A stretch of DNA of 63,691 bases, counting the filler, from Globobulimina sp. (lineage: Eukaryota): NCBI GenBank assembly GCA_003354225.1. It is 12 parts of 12 records of this genome, joined end to end, with 100 filler letters (N's around TTAATTAATTAA, not from the genome) between each part and the next. Parts side by side here need not be neighbours in the genome. Positions count along the whole stretch, not along the records: positions 1 to 5,227 come from PIVH01000662.1; positions 5,328 to 10,553 come from PIVH01000663.1; positions 10,654 to 15,878 come from PIVH01000664.1; 9 more parts are not named here. One strand, 5' to 3'. This document shows, piece after piece, positions 1-12,271 of the stretch. The translations under genes were made by a program, and so were the position numbers. The notes below the pieces were generated by a model, which was given only the letters and a program-made list of their open reading frames with translations, searched no databases and was not told where the DNA came from. Numbering within the stretch: the first letter of the stretch is position 1; each line of letters starts with the position of its first letter.

Positions 1-1369
1 ATCAAAGATTTGCCGTCGCCGGCACCGTTTTGTTCGTATTTGAGGAAGTGTGGATTGCGCACTTTGGGCGGGTACTTGGTGCCGAATGAATGGAGGTATT
101 CCTTTTGCAAATTGATGGCGTCGGCGATGATTTGGTTTAAATCGGGTCTATGGACGAGACCGAAAGCGACGTCGTCCTCGTTACGGACTGCTCTGCGCAC
201 CGCCTCGTAATCGATAATTAGCCTTTTATGTGGTTATGATTATACGTACTGATAACACTGAAAAACGTGTTTTTGTTTACATATTTATCAGATATATCCC
301 ATGGCAACATTTGCAAACACGGGATATATAAATATATGCATCTATGCAAAGCAAACCTTTTATGATCATATAAGATATATTCTTCGTTGCCAATCACTTT
401 CAACACAAACTGCTGCGGATAATAGTTTTCGTGCTTGTGGTTGGCATTGATTTTCTTGACAAACTTCTCAATGATGTCGCCGGCCGTGGTTTTATTGACA
501 TTGATGGCCATTTTCCACGAAGTAGACGTAATGTTGAAGTCGATGGGCGGGAGGATCGTAGCCACAAAGGAGGACTTTTTCGGTATGGTGTGATTGCTGA
601 AAAACTCTGGAAACACCAAGTCGTTGGGATGCGGCAACAACTTCGTATGGTCGATGGCCGCCGCCTGCGCACGGTACACATCGACGTAATCGTTTCTGAA
701 ATTCCATTCTTGCGCATCAAACTTCAACAAGTACTTCGCAATCAGACTGTCGTCGATGTCTTCCCTGGCTATGGACTGCGACAATATCTGCGCAGTGCTG
801 CCGCTGCCTGCTGTATCCGTATGCGTTTGCGGCGAGGGATAGGTATTGAGCGTTGCTGCGAGGATCGGATTCTCAAAAGTGACGATCAGAGTGTCCCGAT
901 TGTACCATATTATTCTGCCCGTATCGCATTCTTGGCATTGGATCCATTCTTTGAAGATGTCGTTGGAGGAGGAGGAGGACGAAGAGGTGCAGGCCTTTTC
1001 CTCGTCGATGTAGCCATCGCTATCATAGTCGCCCGAGATCCTGAGGTCGTGGATGCTGTCGTTGTTGATGTTGTTATTGTTATTGTGCCAGTTGGATGAA
1101 TGGGAGGATGAGAAATTAAAATGCGATGAATTGGTGGATAGTTTTGGTGGTATTTTTTTGTTGGCGATGGGACTGTGGGCAGGCGATCTATTTCGACGCT
1201 GGTTGTTGTTCATTTTTTTATCGTTGACTGAACGATGGAAGTTGCTATGTCTGGATGAGGTGCTGGGACTGGTGACGAATTGTGCTATGGAGCCTGAACC
1301 GGTGGGTGTAGAGCCTCTGAATGATGAGCGATGTCTTAGTCTATATGGATTTGGACTGTCAGCGTTCAT
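1..1369 (-). CDS. N-terminal part of a probable class I-like PI3-kinase: low-complexity N-terminus, WW-like domain, PI3K Ras-binding domain; truncated by the contig edge
   Basis: WW-like EWIQCQECDTGRIIWYNRDTLIVTFENP. RBD-like FVLKVIGNEEYILYDHKR, which after a GT-AG intron (356..223) continues as LIIDYEAVRRAVRN. The kinase domain is not in the window. Confidence 0.55.
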
Positions 1370-1430
1370 GTGGTTGGCATGACCACTGAAGTGTGTGCAC
1401 AGTAACGAATAAAAAAGATTTTTATTTCAA

Positions 1431-4400
1431 ATGAATGCCATGGTCTGTATATTTTTTTGTATTTTGTTGTATTGGATTTGAAATGCCATATTTCAACGTG
1501 TATATAGACAGAGAATGCTATTGCAGAAATCACAGAGGCTATATGTGAGATTGCAGAGGGAAATGATTTTATAGATTTTGAGGAATTTCTGGATATTTTG
1601 CAAGAAATTGAGATAGATACAGAGGAACATAATGAGAGCAATTGCAACAAAACCAATCTAAAAAAGTTTTTCTGTGATTTACTGGTGATTTTGCGATGTG
1701 ATTTGGATGAGTTAAATATCGCCAAATTCAATAATTACGTACTGTCGAATTACAATTCATTTATAAATTACGCTAAACTGCAACAAAAAAAGACACAGAA
1801 ACAAATGAAATTGTCTGCAGTGAATTATATGAAATATTTAATTGATTTACATCTGAATCCAAACAAAACGAAAACTAAAAACAAATCGAAAATTAAAAAT
1901 AAAACGAAGAACAAAGGCAAACATAAAAAAAATGGGCCAATCCCCACCGAAATATTGCTGTTGATTGGCTCAGAAATGACTGAATATTTAGAAGGCTCCG
2001 AGTCTATGGATTATCAGGATTTTATTGGTTGTTGTAGAGAATTTTTAGGAGATAAGTATCCTGAGCAAAATCTAAAAATTGTGTATCAATTTATAGCAAA
2101 GCAACAATTGTCACAGGATACGGATTGCAATGACATTGACATTGACATTGACACAGAGATTACAGTGTCTTTTTTCATCCGTTTTATTGCTAAATATGGG
2201 GATAAATACGATAATATTAATGATGTTATAAAGTGTGTATTTGATAAAATTAGTTTCAATCAGTTACAAAGCAGAGTTAAGTGCTTATTTATCATTGCGA
2301 AATTGCGTATTTTTTATATATGTGTTTGTGTGAATGTGTTAGCAATCAGAAATAATAAAGAATTTACGCTCATATTTGGAGAATAAAGACGCAAAACGAT
2401 GTGGCATGATCACGTTAGAAGAGTTTATATCTGGTTTAAAATCGGCAAATGTAACCTCGATCTCCTCGCGTGATATGAAGAAAATATTCAATTTAAGCAC
2501 CACCAATGGCCGAATGAAGATAAATCTGTTTATGGATCGATTTATAAATACAAACACTTTAACTTTTGCCTATGATATTGACCAATTAATATTGATTGCA
2601 TTTGACGGCATTATTAAGAAGAAAACGCGTAAAAAAAAGAAAAAAAAGAAAAAAAAACTGCAACAACAACAGATCACTATCAATGATGACATGTTAGACT
2701 CTGATATGTTGGATATAAATTTAGATATTTTGGATATAAACGATGAAAAGGATGGCTTTGAAAAGTTACAAATTGCGTTCAAAACAATGGACGAGAACCA
2801 TGACAATAAGATAGATTTTAAGGAGTTTATGGCGGTCATTATTGGCGATTTAAAAATGAATTTAAAAGAAAATGAATGTAAACAAATATATTATCATCAA
2901 GCATTGCAACGAGATTTCTGTCTAGATTTAAATGAGTTTTTTGATCAAATACATGAGGAATTTCTCTCCTTTTCCGATGCGACCAGTATTGAATTATTGC
3001 ATCGATATTTTGCCAAAATATTGCACGAAGCGGCTCCATTTGAAAAATTGAATGAATTTATTTTGGACCATATAATGCCACCGACGCCGGCGCAAAACCA
3101 TAATATATCCAATTTGCAGTGTGAGATCATGGCATTATATGGCTCTATGTCCACCAATCCATTATTACGCAGAATACACAAACAGCAAACCTTTGACTAT
3201 ACCAATAAATACTTGCATTTCTTACAAAAAAATGTAACGCCGCGCATATTAGGTATGCTCTATAAAATATTTCTAATTCTAACCACTAAAAAAATAAAAA
3301 TATTATTTTGAAGGTGTTGTCATACGATCCATTCGTAAGGATTCGCCCTTAAAAGACGCAGAAATAAGCAAAATGTACAACGAATGGCTGATATGTTTAA
3401 ATCGGACCGACACGCACAAATTTAATGATTTATTCGAATTAGATTTTTTATTATTCCATTTAGGTCTAATTGTGTCGCGAAAGTTAGTCAAGCGTTTTAG
3501 TAATACTTTTTTAAACACAGTGTTCGAATCCGACCCGGTGTCGCCTCGCAATTCCAAACCGCCCAATGAATTGCTGCCAGATCCCGAGAATAGCATCGAT
3601 TTAATCCCATCTTTCATGAAAAGTACGCGGGAGACCTTAAATTTACAATTATTGAAATTTGACTTAAATAAAATCAAAAAAAGCAATATCAACCACAACG
3701 AAGACGATTCCTATCATTCTACAAAGAAACAGTACGCGAATCAAATCATCGCCTCTCAATCATCCAATGTTAAATTTAAATTAATTGATTTAATCGGTGA
3801 GTTTATCGACGATAAAGATAACACAATCTCGATCCGGGAGCAATTGCCGCACCACACACCGCCAAATGCCTCGCCGTCGTCATCATCCATGTCGGCGCAC
3901 GAAAACATCAAAATATTTCACCGACGGGCTCGCTCTGAATTGTTGCTCTCCAAAATTGGCAACAAAACCATCTTACAACGACGGAAAGAGCGCATTGCAA
4001 AACAGAAGAAGCAAAAAGAAAAAGCAAAACAGCAAATGCTGGTTCTCCGATCCGTTTCGATGTCATTCATAGATCGAGACTCCATTGAAAAGGAAGAGAA
4101 AAAGTGCGAGGATAATATGGAGGGCAATAAGTACAACCAAAGTGACAGTGATAACGAGATTGACCGCCAACGGAGTCGCTCCTTCAACTCCATTGATATT
4201 GATTTAGTATCAAACCATCAGTTGTCTGAAAATAGATTTTGGGCTCGCACCTTATCACTAAATGACGCGTACGGCGATGGCGGCGACGATGAAGAGGAAG
4301 AGGAAGAGGAGGAGTTATTGACCGAATCTGTGACACTGGGCACCTCCATTACGGATGACGAGGATTTTGAATTTGAGGGGGATATATTCTCATTGCTGGA

Positions 4401-4815
4401 GGATGAGGAGGTGGATGATGAGGAGTTGAAGTTAGATGAGGAGAAATATCATATTATTGGTCAGGAGAAAGTTAGTTTTGATCCATTGACAAGCACAGCG
4501 ATCTACGATCCGATGCGGAATATATTGGTATGGTCGAATGGCACGAAATGGATTAAGAAGGATTTTAAAATATTTTGTGGGAAATGGAGGGATCAGCGTG
4601 GTTATATTATAATGATTGATGAGAATGGCTTAATTCATTATATTGCGCCCAAATTGGGCACTTTTCAATGTCGCATTGTTGGCTTTTATAAAATAGCAAT
4701 ACAGTTTCAATCAAATATATATAATGCACAGTTGATAGATACAAATAATTTGAAATGGGAGAATGGCACCATTTGGAAACGTGTTGGTGATCAAATTATG
4801 TATTTCGTTATGTAG
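1431..4815 (+). CDS. Multi-exon EF-hand (Ca-binding) protein
   Basis: ORFs 1598..2386, 2376..3311 and 3373..4815 join in frame through GT-AG introns (1443..1507, ~2276..2342, ~3253..3314). EF-hand FKTMDENHDNKIDFKEF plus degenerate copies. Confidence 0.65.
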
Positions 4816-5014
4816 TTTTTATTGTATTATTTTGAGTTTTCATAGTTATGATGCATATGAATGATGAATCTGTCTTAATAGCATATATTTCATTTGAGCT
4901 TGGTGCTTTTCTACAAAAAACTTAATTCTCACAGACTCTACAGACTACAGTTCACTTCCTTACGTTCATACACACCAACTCCGTTGTCAATTTGTCCATT
5001 ATTATAAATGCCAT

Positions 5015-5227
5015 ATGGATCCCAATAAAAATTATCCATGGCCATTTTGCCAACAAATGCAAACTAATCCATATTACCAACCAATGTTTCTCAGCGATCC
5101 AATTAGACAATTGCAACAATCACCAGCTGCATATACTGTTCCATCGGCAGCAGTGATGTCATTTGTGAGATACGTGCCGGCAGTCAAGATACTGCCGTCT
5201 GCAAGTGATGAACCTGCTTCAAGCTGC
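5015..5227 (+). CDS. 5' fragment of an unknown protein, cut by the contig end
   Basis: ATG-initiated Pro/Gln-rich ORF running into the spacer. Confidence 0.3.
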
Positions 5228-5327
5228 NNNNNNNNNNNNNNNNNNNNNNNNNNNNNNNNNNNNNNNNNNNNTTAATTAATTAANNNNNNNNNNNNNNNNN
5301 NNNNNNNNNNNNNNNNNNNNNNNNNNN
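5228..5327. other. Artificial contig-join spacer
   Basis: N44-TTAATTAATTAA-N44, with stops in all six frames. Confidence 0.98.
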
Positions 5328-8300
5328 GCAAAGAACTAGAATTTCTGAATTAGAAAACTTACAAAAACTGACAAATAAATCCGTATTTGAGCAGTCCGTA
5401 CAATTAAATGAATCAAATAAGAAATTAACAAACAATTCATCGGAAAATCAGCGATTACTCAGTATCTATAAACGGCAGATTGAGATTTTGAATAAAAAAC
5501 TATCGAATTCGATCCACAACGAAGAACAAATCAATATAAAATGGCAAAATCTCAAGAGGCAATTAAGTGTTTCTGGGACAGACTATGTGGATAAAATTGA
5601 AGAGTTAGAAGAAGCCCTCATTGCTGTCAATAACATCAACGCAAAAACCAAAAAACAGCCATCAAAATCAGCGAAAAATCGTCAAATTGTGCAATTAGAA
5701 AATAAATTAATTAAAACAGAAAATGAGTTGCAATCAATTGCAAAAACATTAAAGTCTGAAATGCGACAAAGACAATGCGATCTAAAAACACATCATATAA
5801 AACTACAAAATGGCAAACAATTATATGAGAAACAAATAAATCGATTACAATCAATTATTCATGAAATACAAAGTAATAATAAAAATAAGCTGAATCTGAA
5901 TCGAGTCATTGCGTTAAATAACGAATTGGCACAAAGTGAAGAATTAAAAAATGAATATTTGAACGAGATACAAATCCTAAAAAATAGCCTAAAAGAAACG
6001 CATCAAAATGGTAGTTGCCACCATGGAAATAATCAGAATAACGCAGAACGGGATAAATTATTATTAGCACTGAACGAGAAATGTAGTAAACAGAAAGAAG
6101 AAATATGCGATTTGGAAGACATAATGAACGCAGCAGTCACAGTTAAGTATACAATGAAATAGCACAATGCTACAAAATTTAATTGCGTACAAGCAATTGG
6201 TCAGCGATGAGTTGCTTTAATTGGATGTTTTTCTTCCTTAACATAGTCTGTTCTTTTTTCGTTTTTTGTTCCACTTTTTGTATCCAATAATTGCGGACAA
6301 TAATTAAATTTTGAAGTGGTATCACCGCCACATTTGCCAATTGGAACCATGACTCATATAAAGGGATAATAATATGGTCAATAAATGCCAACTGAGATAA
6401 CTCGATATTGGCCCTGGTCCGATCCATAGTGGGTGTAACCGGTAAATTTAACGATCTTTCTTTGTCGCCTTGGTTCATAAACTCTGAAATTATGCGTTCT
6501 GTCCATAATAATGCGATGTTTAATGGTCGCGTTGGATTGGATAAATCCGACACTTTTATAGATATATTTCGTAATAAGGCGCGTATTTCGGATCTGGTCA
6601 TAAATGATTGTGTATTGACCTCATTTTCTTCGTTGACCGCTATGCGATAATTTTTGTATTTATTACTTGCATTAGTTTTTAGTCGGAGATTATTTGTTAT
6701 ATTTGCTTGATTCTGCTGTTTATTTTGGTTAATGGCAGATAATATTTGTTGTTGCAATAAGTAATCTTTAATCAGAGCGACATGCTCCAAATGTTTGGAG
6801 ACGTCGGTAGTTAAAACCATTTCTATCAATGCTTTGCGAGTATTTGTACGAATTTGAGTGGAAAAACGTTGAAATATGTTATATTTTTGTTTTTTGAGTG
6901 TGTTAAATGTGACGGATAAGTGATAATTTTCCAACACTGAAGTGTCATTATATTGTATTGCTATATCAGAGCTTGTTCGGATTTCAAAATCTGAGGTGGT
7001 GCCGGGATGCCCCACGTCGTGTATGGCTGCACCGATAATACAGGTTAAAAAATCGATGGCTTCGAATTTGGAGACCACGTCCTCGGAATTTGTCAACCAA
7101 AATAACTCTGCGGCCAACACATCTGCTGCATGACACGCGTTATGATACGGATTATCACAGTACATATCTTCTATTTTTTCGATAAATGCTAAAAATACGG
7201 GTTGCCGAATATGAAATTTATTGAATAAATCAAATAAATTCATCGCATACAGTGATAAAATAGTTAGCGGCTTTTTGGTAAACTGTAATAATTCAAACGC
7301 ATTAAATTGCCAACAATGTATCTTCGCAAAACATTCATTTAATTCCTTATTGCCATTGATGAGTCGGAACATTTTTGTTAATCGAATGCCTTTTGATATA
7401 TTACATATTCCTTTCACTACATTGTTGACGCCGGCATCCACCGATTGTATCAAAAAGGAAACCGATCGTTTAATGTTTTTAAATTTATCCTTTTCAGTCT
7501 GTTTATTGACTTTATTTTCCGTACCGGTTGGTTTTGAATTACTTTTTTGTTCTTCAACATGCACATTCATGACACCCTGAATCCAACTCGAAACTGCAGA
7601 ATCTTGATTTTGTAATCCGTCCAATTTGTGCTGCGTCTCGACTTTCAACATTTGTTCCCGCGACATGCCGCCAATTAATTTGCGTGGTTTCTGTAAGAAT
7701 ATGATTAACGATAACAATTCTTTTTGATTTATCTTATTTCCATTTGCTTGGTTGTTGGTTATCTGATGAACCATACTTAAGACTGTGCTTAATACATCTT
7801 CGGCAGTTTCGTGTTTACCATCCATTAGTTTTACTGCATTGGAATTACGTCGCATCATTGAACCAACACTGCCGACGGAGCCTCGTTTGGTTGCCGACGG
7901 TTTGTCGCTGACACTGCCATATGATCGTTTTGGCGATGTTGGCGTGATACTGCCAGACGTATTTGCATTAATATTTAAAATCGCACTCAGATCATGTTGT
8001 GAATATTTACATGATGAACTTCGTGGCGTTAAACTTGTACATTTGTCCAATATTTCATCACTGAAAACACTGTCATTGCTATTGCTGTTATTATTGTGTC
8101 CCGATTTGAGTCGAACCTTTTTGTTATTGTCCGAATCAAATTTAAATTGTGGCCAAGCTGAATTTGCTTCGGAAGGTTGAATTGGTTCAGATATCGCACA
8201 GCATTTACACTGTCCCATAACGGCTTTTTTTGGTTTTAATTATAAATATGTGACGACATTACTTATTCCGATTATTAACTATATAGGAATTAAAGAAGTA

Positions 8301-10553
8301 TAATCCAGACATAATCCATAAACTAAAGGCCAGAGCCCCCAACACATTGACATGCGAAGATGACCAAATTACTAAAATCAAACAAATCTGTGATGTGGAA
8401 ATTAATCGATATCGAATTTTATATGAAAATATGGATAAAGAATATCAGTCCTATAAAAAGAAAATAAACCTCGATATTCAGCAAAAAGATGAGTGTTATT
8501 TGAATGAATTGGCGCAGCAAAAACAACAAATTACGAAATTCCAATCTGAGATTGCTCAATTCAGGAAATTAAATTTAAATCAACAGCAACAATGTCAAAC
8601 CTTACAAATTGAGAATCAATCACTTGCCACCAAATTAGAGCAGTACACTGAGCTCGAAATGCAAACTACATCGCACGTACCGCACGCTTCTAATTCTGGC
8701 GACACATTATCCGAACATGAGGCCATACCCATATTGAAACTGAAAAGCAATGATATCGTCGAGATGGAGGAGATTATAACGCATCAAGACGCACAGATAA
8801 AAGTGCTGATGAATACAATTGAAACTCTCCAACATCACAAACCTAAGAAATCACAAATTGTACAATTAACGGGGCGTTTAGCGGTGCATGAAACGTTGCA
8901 ATGCAAAAGAAAAAAAGAATTGCAATCTATTCGATCAAATTGGATCCAGGACCAAGAGCGCAGAGTCATATTAGACAAAAAATGCGCCAGTCTGGAAGCA
9001 AAAGTAAAATCGCTAAAATTTGAATTGAAAAACAGCAAACTGCACAATGAGAGCGTTTGTAATCAATTTGAAAATCATCAGAGACAAATCATTGACAAAG
9101 AGAATAAAATTCATGAATTAGAATTGAGTCAATCTCGTCTACAGTCCATACGCAAGCAATTAGAGTCGAGGGCCAATATCATGCAAAATGAAATGGACAC
9201 TTTATCAAAACAACATTTCCAACATTTACAAACATTGTCGAATGAGCATCAAAATCAGCTCAAAAAAATAAGCAACTCACAGTGTAATAACCTGAGTCAG
9301 GTTGACAATGATAAGAATAATGAATGTGCAGTGAATCATAGTTTGCAATCAAATGTTTCCAACGATTTTCACGATTCTTTAAAATGTTTGTCACATTTAT
9401 TGGAAAAATATTTGATTCAACAGCAACAAACAACTAATCAACAAAAGAAGAAAATTGGATCTTTAATGAAAGGTTTTAACAGCAATATATTAGGCGGCGT
9501 TAATATTACTTCTATTGAGGATAAACATCAATTTATGCGGCAATTAATGAATATCGTCAGTCAGCAATATGGAAATATAATATCTCTGCAAAAACAGACC
9601 AATTTCTATGAGTGGTTATCGCGTCATCATTATAATAAACGCAAAGAATCTGAAACCAATGAGCTTTCATTGCAATGTCAACTGCAAATTAATAAAAAAC
9701 ATTTAAAGCGCGTAAAGGGTGATATTGAGCACAATCAACTTATCATTCAGCAGCAATTACAGAAAAGAAAGGATTTAATCAAACAGCAAATGAACAAAGC
9801 CATTCACAGATATTTAGCGCTGGAGACTGAATGTAATAAATTAACCGCACAGTTCAAGGGATGTAAGAAACAATGTGCTCATTTTGAATCGAAATATTTC
9901 TTTGTTTTAAACCAACTGAACCTGAAAAAGATTGATATCTCCGAGAAAGAGATGAAATTAAAGCAGGATATTTGTGAGGAACTGAGTATGAATGCAAATG
10001 AAAGAGATGCGAAACTGAAAGAATATTTGCATGATAATTTGAAGAATGTCATCCAAGAAACCATTCGGAAGTTTGAGAAGAATGATTTGTATGAAAATCA
10101 AATATTTGAGCTATCGAATGAGATGTTGTCACTTAAATATGTTCAAAACGAATTAACCAAACAATTAGAAAAAGCATTATTTGATAATCAAATGGACAAA
10201 AATGAAAATAAAAGATTGTGTCAAATGATTCGAAATTCCAATGAATTTTATGAGAAAATGAGAAAGCATCAGCAAATAATTGAAAATGAGCATAAATGCA
10301 AACCGGAATTGTCGGAGAATAGCAGCACCACTCAATCGCCCATAAAATATAACAAAAATCACTCTTTGCATGATATAAAAAGCATGGAATTGGAGCATGA
10401 AATATGTGATAAACAGTTGGAGAATGAATCGCTGCAAAGCTCAATAAATGGATTACAAAAAGAAATTGAAGAGCTATTGGAACAAATAAATATCAATGAA
10501 ATTAAACATGAAAATGAATTGAAGAATATGCGGCAACAAATAGGCAAAGAGCG
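5328..10553 (+). CDS. Long coiled-coil protein (possibly centrosomal/ciliary), partial at both ends; exons <5328..6141 and 8287..>10553
   Basis: Both ORFs are heptad-rich. Phase-0 donor ACA|gttaag at 6142 and acceptor atatag|GAA at 8286 join as EDIMNAAVT-ELKKYNPD. The second ORF opens directly at this acceptor. Confidence 0.6.
6179..8218 (-). CDS. Class I 3',5'-cyclic nucleotide phosphodiesterase (PDEase_I, HD domain), intronless
   Basis: YHNACHAAD, IHDVGHPG, SVLENYH, SDLSNP, EFMNQGDKE and the invariant Gln in SQLAFI. N-terminus is MGQCKCC. Confidence 0.95.
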   Translation of the reverse strand: MGQCKCCAISEPIQPSEANSAWPQFKFDSDNNKKVRLKSGHNNNSNSNDSVFSDEILDKCTSLTPRSSSCKYSQHDLSAILNINANTSGSITPTSPKRSYGSVSDKPSATKRGSVGSVGSMMRRNSNAVKLMDGKHETAEDVLSTVLSMVHQITNNQANGNKINQKELLSLIIFLQKPRKLIGGMSREQMLKVETQHKLDGLQNQDSAVSSWIQGVMNVHVEEQKSNSKPTGTENKVNKQTEKDKFKNIKRSVSFLIQSVDAGVNNVVKGICNISKGIRLTKMFRLINGNKELNECFAKIHCWQFNAFELLQFTKKPLTILSLYAMNLFDLFNKFHIRQPVFLAFIEKIEDMYCDNPYHNACHAADVLAAELFWLTNSEDVVSKFEAIDFLTCIIGAAIHDVGHPGTTSDFEIRTSSDIAIQYNDTSVLENYHLSVTFNTLKKQKYNIFQRFSTQIRTNTRKALIEMVLTTDVSKHLEHVALIKDYLLQQQILSAINQNKQQNQANITNNLRLKTNASNKYKNYRIAVNEENEVNTQSFMTRSEIRALLRNISIKVSDLSNPTRPLNIALLWTERIISEFMNQGDKERSLNLPVTPTMDRTRANIELSQLAFIDHIIIPLYESWFQLANVAVIPLQNLIIVRNYWIQKVEQKTKKEQTMLRKKNIQLKQLIADQLLVRN

Positions 10554-10653
10554 NNNNNNNNNNNNNNNNNNNNNNNNNNNNNNNNNNNNNNNNNNNNTTA
10601 ATTAATTAANNNNNNNNNNNNNNNNNNNNNNNNNNNNNNNNNNNNNNNNNNNN
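10554..10653. other. Artificial contig-join spacer
   Basis: N44-TTAATTAATTAA-N44. Confidence 0.98.
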
Positions 10654-12099
10654 CATTCATTGAAAGAATTTCAGAAAAGAATGACAGAAGAATTTGATTT
10701 TATGGTTACTCCTTTAATATTTAATTTAAAATTAGAAATAAAATCTGAAGGAAATAATTATAGAATAGATAAAATATACCGAAAGGAGAATGATAATGAT
10801 AATGACAGTGAAAGTGGAATTTTATTAAATGTAAAAACATTATTTCCGTCCCAATCAAATGCGGAGAATGAGGTAAAGGGTGGACTTATTTTAGTAAAAA
10901 TCCGCGCAATACATATGAATGAAAATGATTTAAATTTAGAATTTAAAGTGAATTATGAAGATAGATTTGGGCAAAGGTTTGGAAATCAACAATTTGTTAG
11001 TTTTGATAGACATAGCGATGATGAATATTATTATGATAATAATGGCATACAAAAAGCAATATTATTGATACAATACATTGATTTATTGAAAGAATGGATA
11101 AATACAAATAAAAATGGTTTATTTTTTGTGTCTAAAATGTATCGACATCGATTTGAAAAGTTTTTAAAACATTTTGTCGTTGAAATGCAGGCAATTAAAG
11201 ATAAAACATTAGAGAAAGAAATTAAAATTTTAACACAATTAATTGAATGCAAGTCAAATGTTTCAAATGTTTCCAGTAATTTGAACCAACGCAATCAAGT
11301 TTCATTGCAAGTAACGGAGAAAATAAATGTATTAATTAATAATAAATATTGTGAAGAAAATAAGATATTGCTGTCGAAATGTAATGGTTCAATATCAATG
11401 AATTCGTCATTAATTGGAATGCCAACGTGTAAATTGGGTTTATTTGTTGGTAAAAATATCATAAATGAATGTGAATGGAAATATCATCAATGTATACGAT
11501 TAAACTTATTAAAGAGAGATAGATTGCACGGGATGAGATGTTTAACATTTGTCCCACCAAATGGACTATTTCATATTATAAAATATGCTGTTAATGATTA
11601 CAAATGCATTGATATTCCATTTAATATTATTCATAATATAAAACATAGCGCTTTTGCGGTTAATTTTGATATTATTTTAAAACATCGGCTTGAAGCAAAT
11701 GAAATGGCCAATGATGTTATTATAAAAGTGCCTCTTTCCACTGATTATAATTATATAATAACTGATAATGTAATAATAAAAACAAAATATGGGAAATGCG
11801 AATTGAAGGAAATCAATAAGAATGCGTGTTTGGTTTGGTATATAAATAAGTTATATTCATCACAATATCCAAGATTGAGTGGCAGAGTGAATTTAAATAA
11901 ATTTGCAATTGGAACAAGAACCAGTTATGATAGGAGACGATCAATTTCATTGCAATTTAAAATGAGTAAAAGACTAAGTACATGTTTTAAGGTCATGTAT
12001 TTGAATGTGGTGGAACCAAAATATAACTATAAAACACAGAGTAAAATTGAATATATGCTAACAACGGACGAAACGGATAATATTAAATATAAAATATGA
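10654..12099 (+). CDS. 5'-partial protein: C-terminal region of a VWA-domain protein family fused to an adaptin mu-homology domain (MHD)
   Basis: EEFDFMVTPLIFNL / VKTLFPS / VKGGLILVK resemble the post-VWA region of that family. NQVSLQVTEKINVLI, SLIGMPTCKLGL, YHQCIRL, FVPPNG, LVWYINKL and FKVMYLNVVEPKYNY match the AP mu C-terminus. Confidence 0.75.
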   Translation, partial: HSLKEFQKRMTEEFDFMVTPLIFNLKLEIKSEGNNYRIDKIYRKENDNDNDSESGILLNVKTLFPSQSNAENEVKGGLILVKIRAIHMNENDLNLEFKVNYEDRFGQRFGNQQFVSFDRHSDDEYYYDNNGIQKAILLIQYIDLLKEWINTNKNGLFFVSKMYRHRFEKFLKHFVVEMQAIKDKTLEKEIKILTQLIECKSNVSNVSSNLNQRNQVSLQVTEKINVLINNKYCEENKILLSKCNGSISMNSSLIGMPTCKLGLFVGKNIINECEWKYHQCIRLNLLKRDRLHGMRCLTFVPPNGLFHIIKYAVNDYKCIDIPFNIIHNIKHSAFAVNFDIILKHRLEANEMANDVIIKVPLSTDYNYIITDNVIIKTKYGKCELKEINKNACLVWYINKLYSSQYPRLSGRVNLNKFAIGTRTSYDRRRSISLQFKMSKRLSTCFKVMYLNVVEPKYNYKTQSKIEYMLTTDETDNIKYKI

Positions 12100-12271
12100 G
12101 GAGATTTGTGTTTTTGTTTGTGTTTGTGTTAAATGTATATCTCATCTTCGTTATTGAATACATAATTGTTTCATAATAAAGATGATGATTTTATACGGTC
12201 GATTTTTAATTTCATACTGCTTTGATTCTGATAATATTGTATTAAAAACGTTTAAAAAAAAGATTATAACT

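Noticed and set aside
431-1099. Long antisense or alternative-frame ORFs (e.g. 431..1099, 35208..35861, 27097..27585)
   Set aside because: They are shadows of real genes in locally GC-richer coding DNA and show no recognisable motifs.
8287-10553. Naming the coiled-coil host gene CEP290
   Set aside because: The resemblance is only vague, and coiled-coil similarity judged by eye is unreliable.
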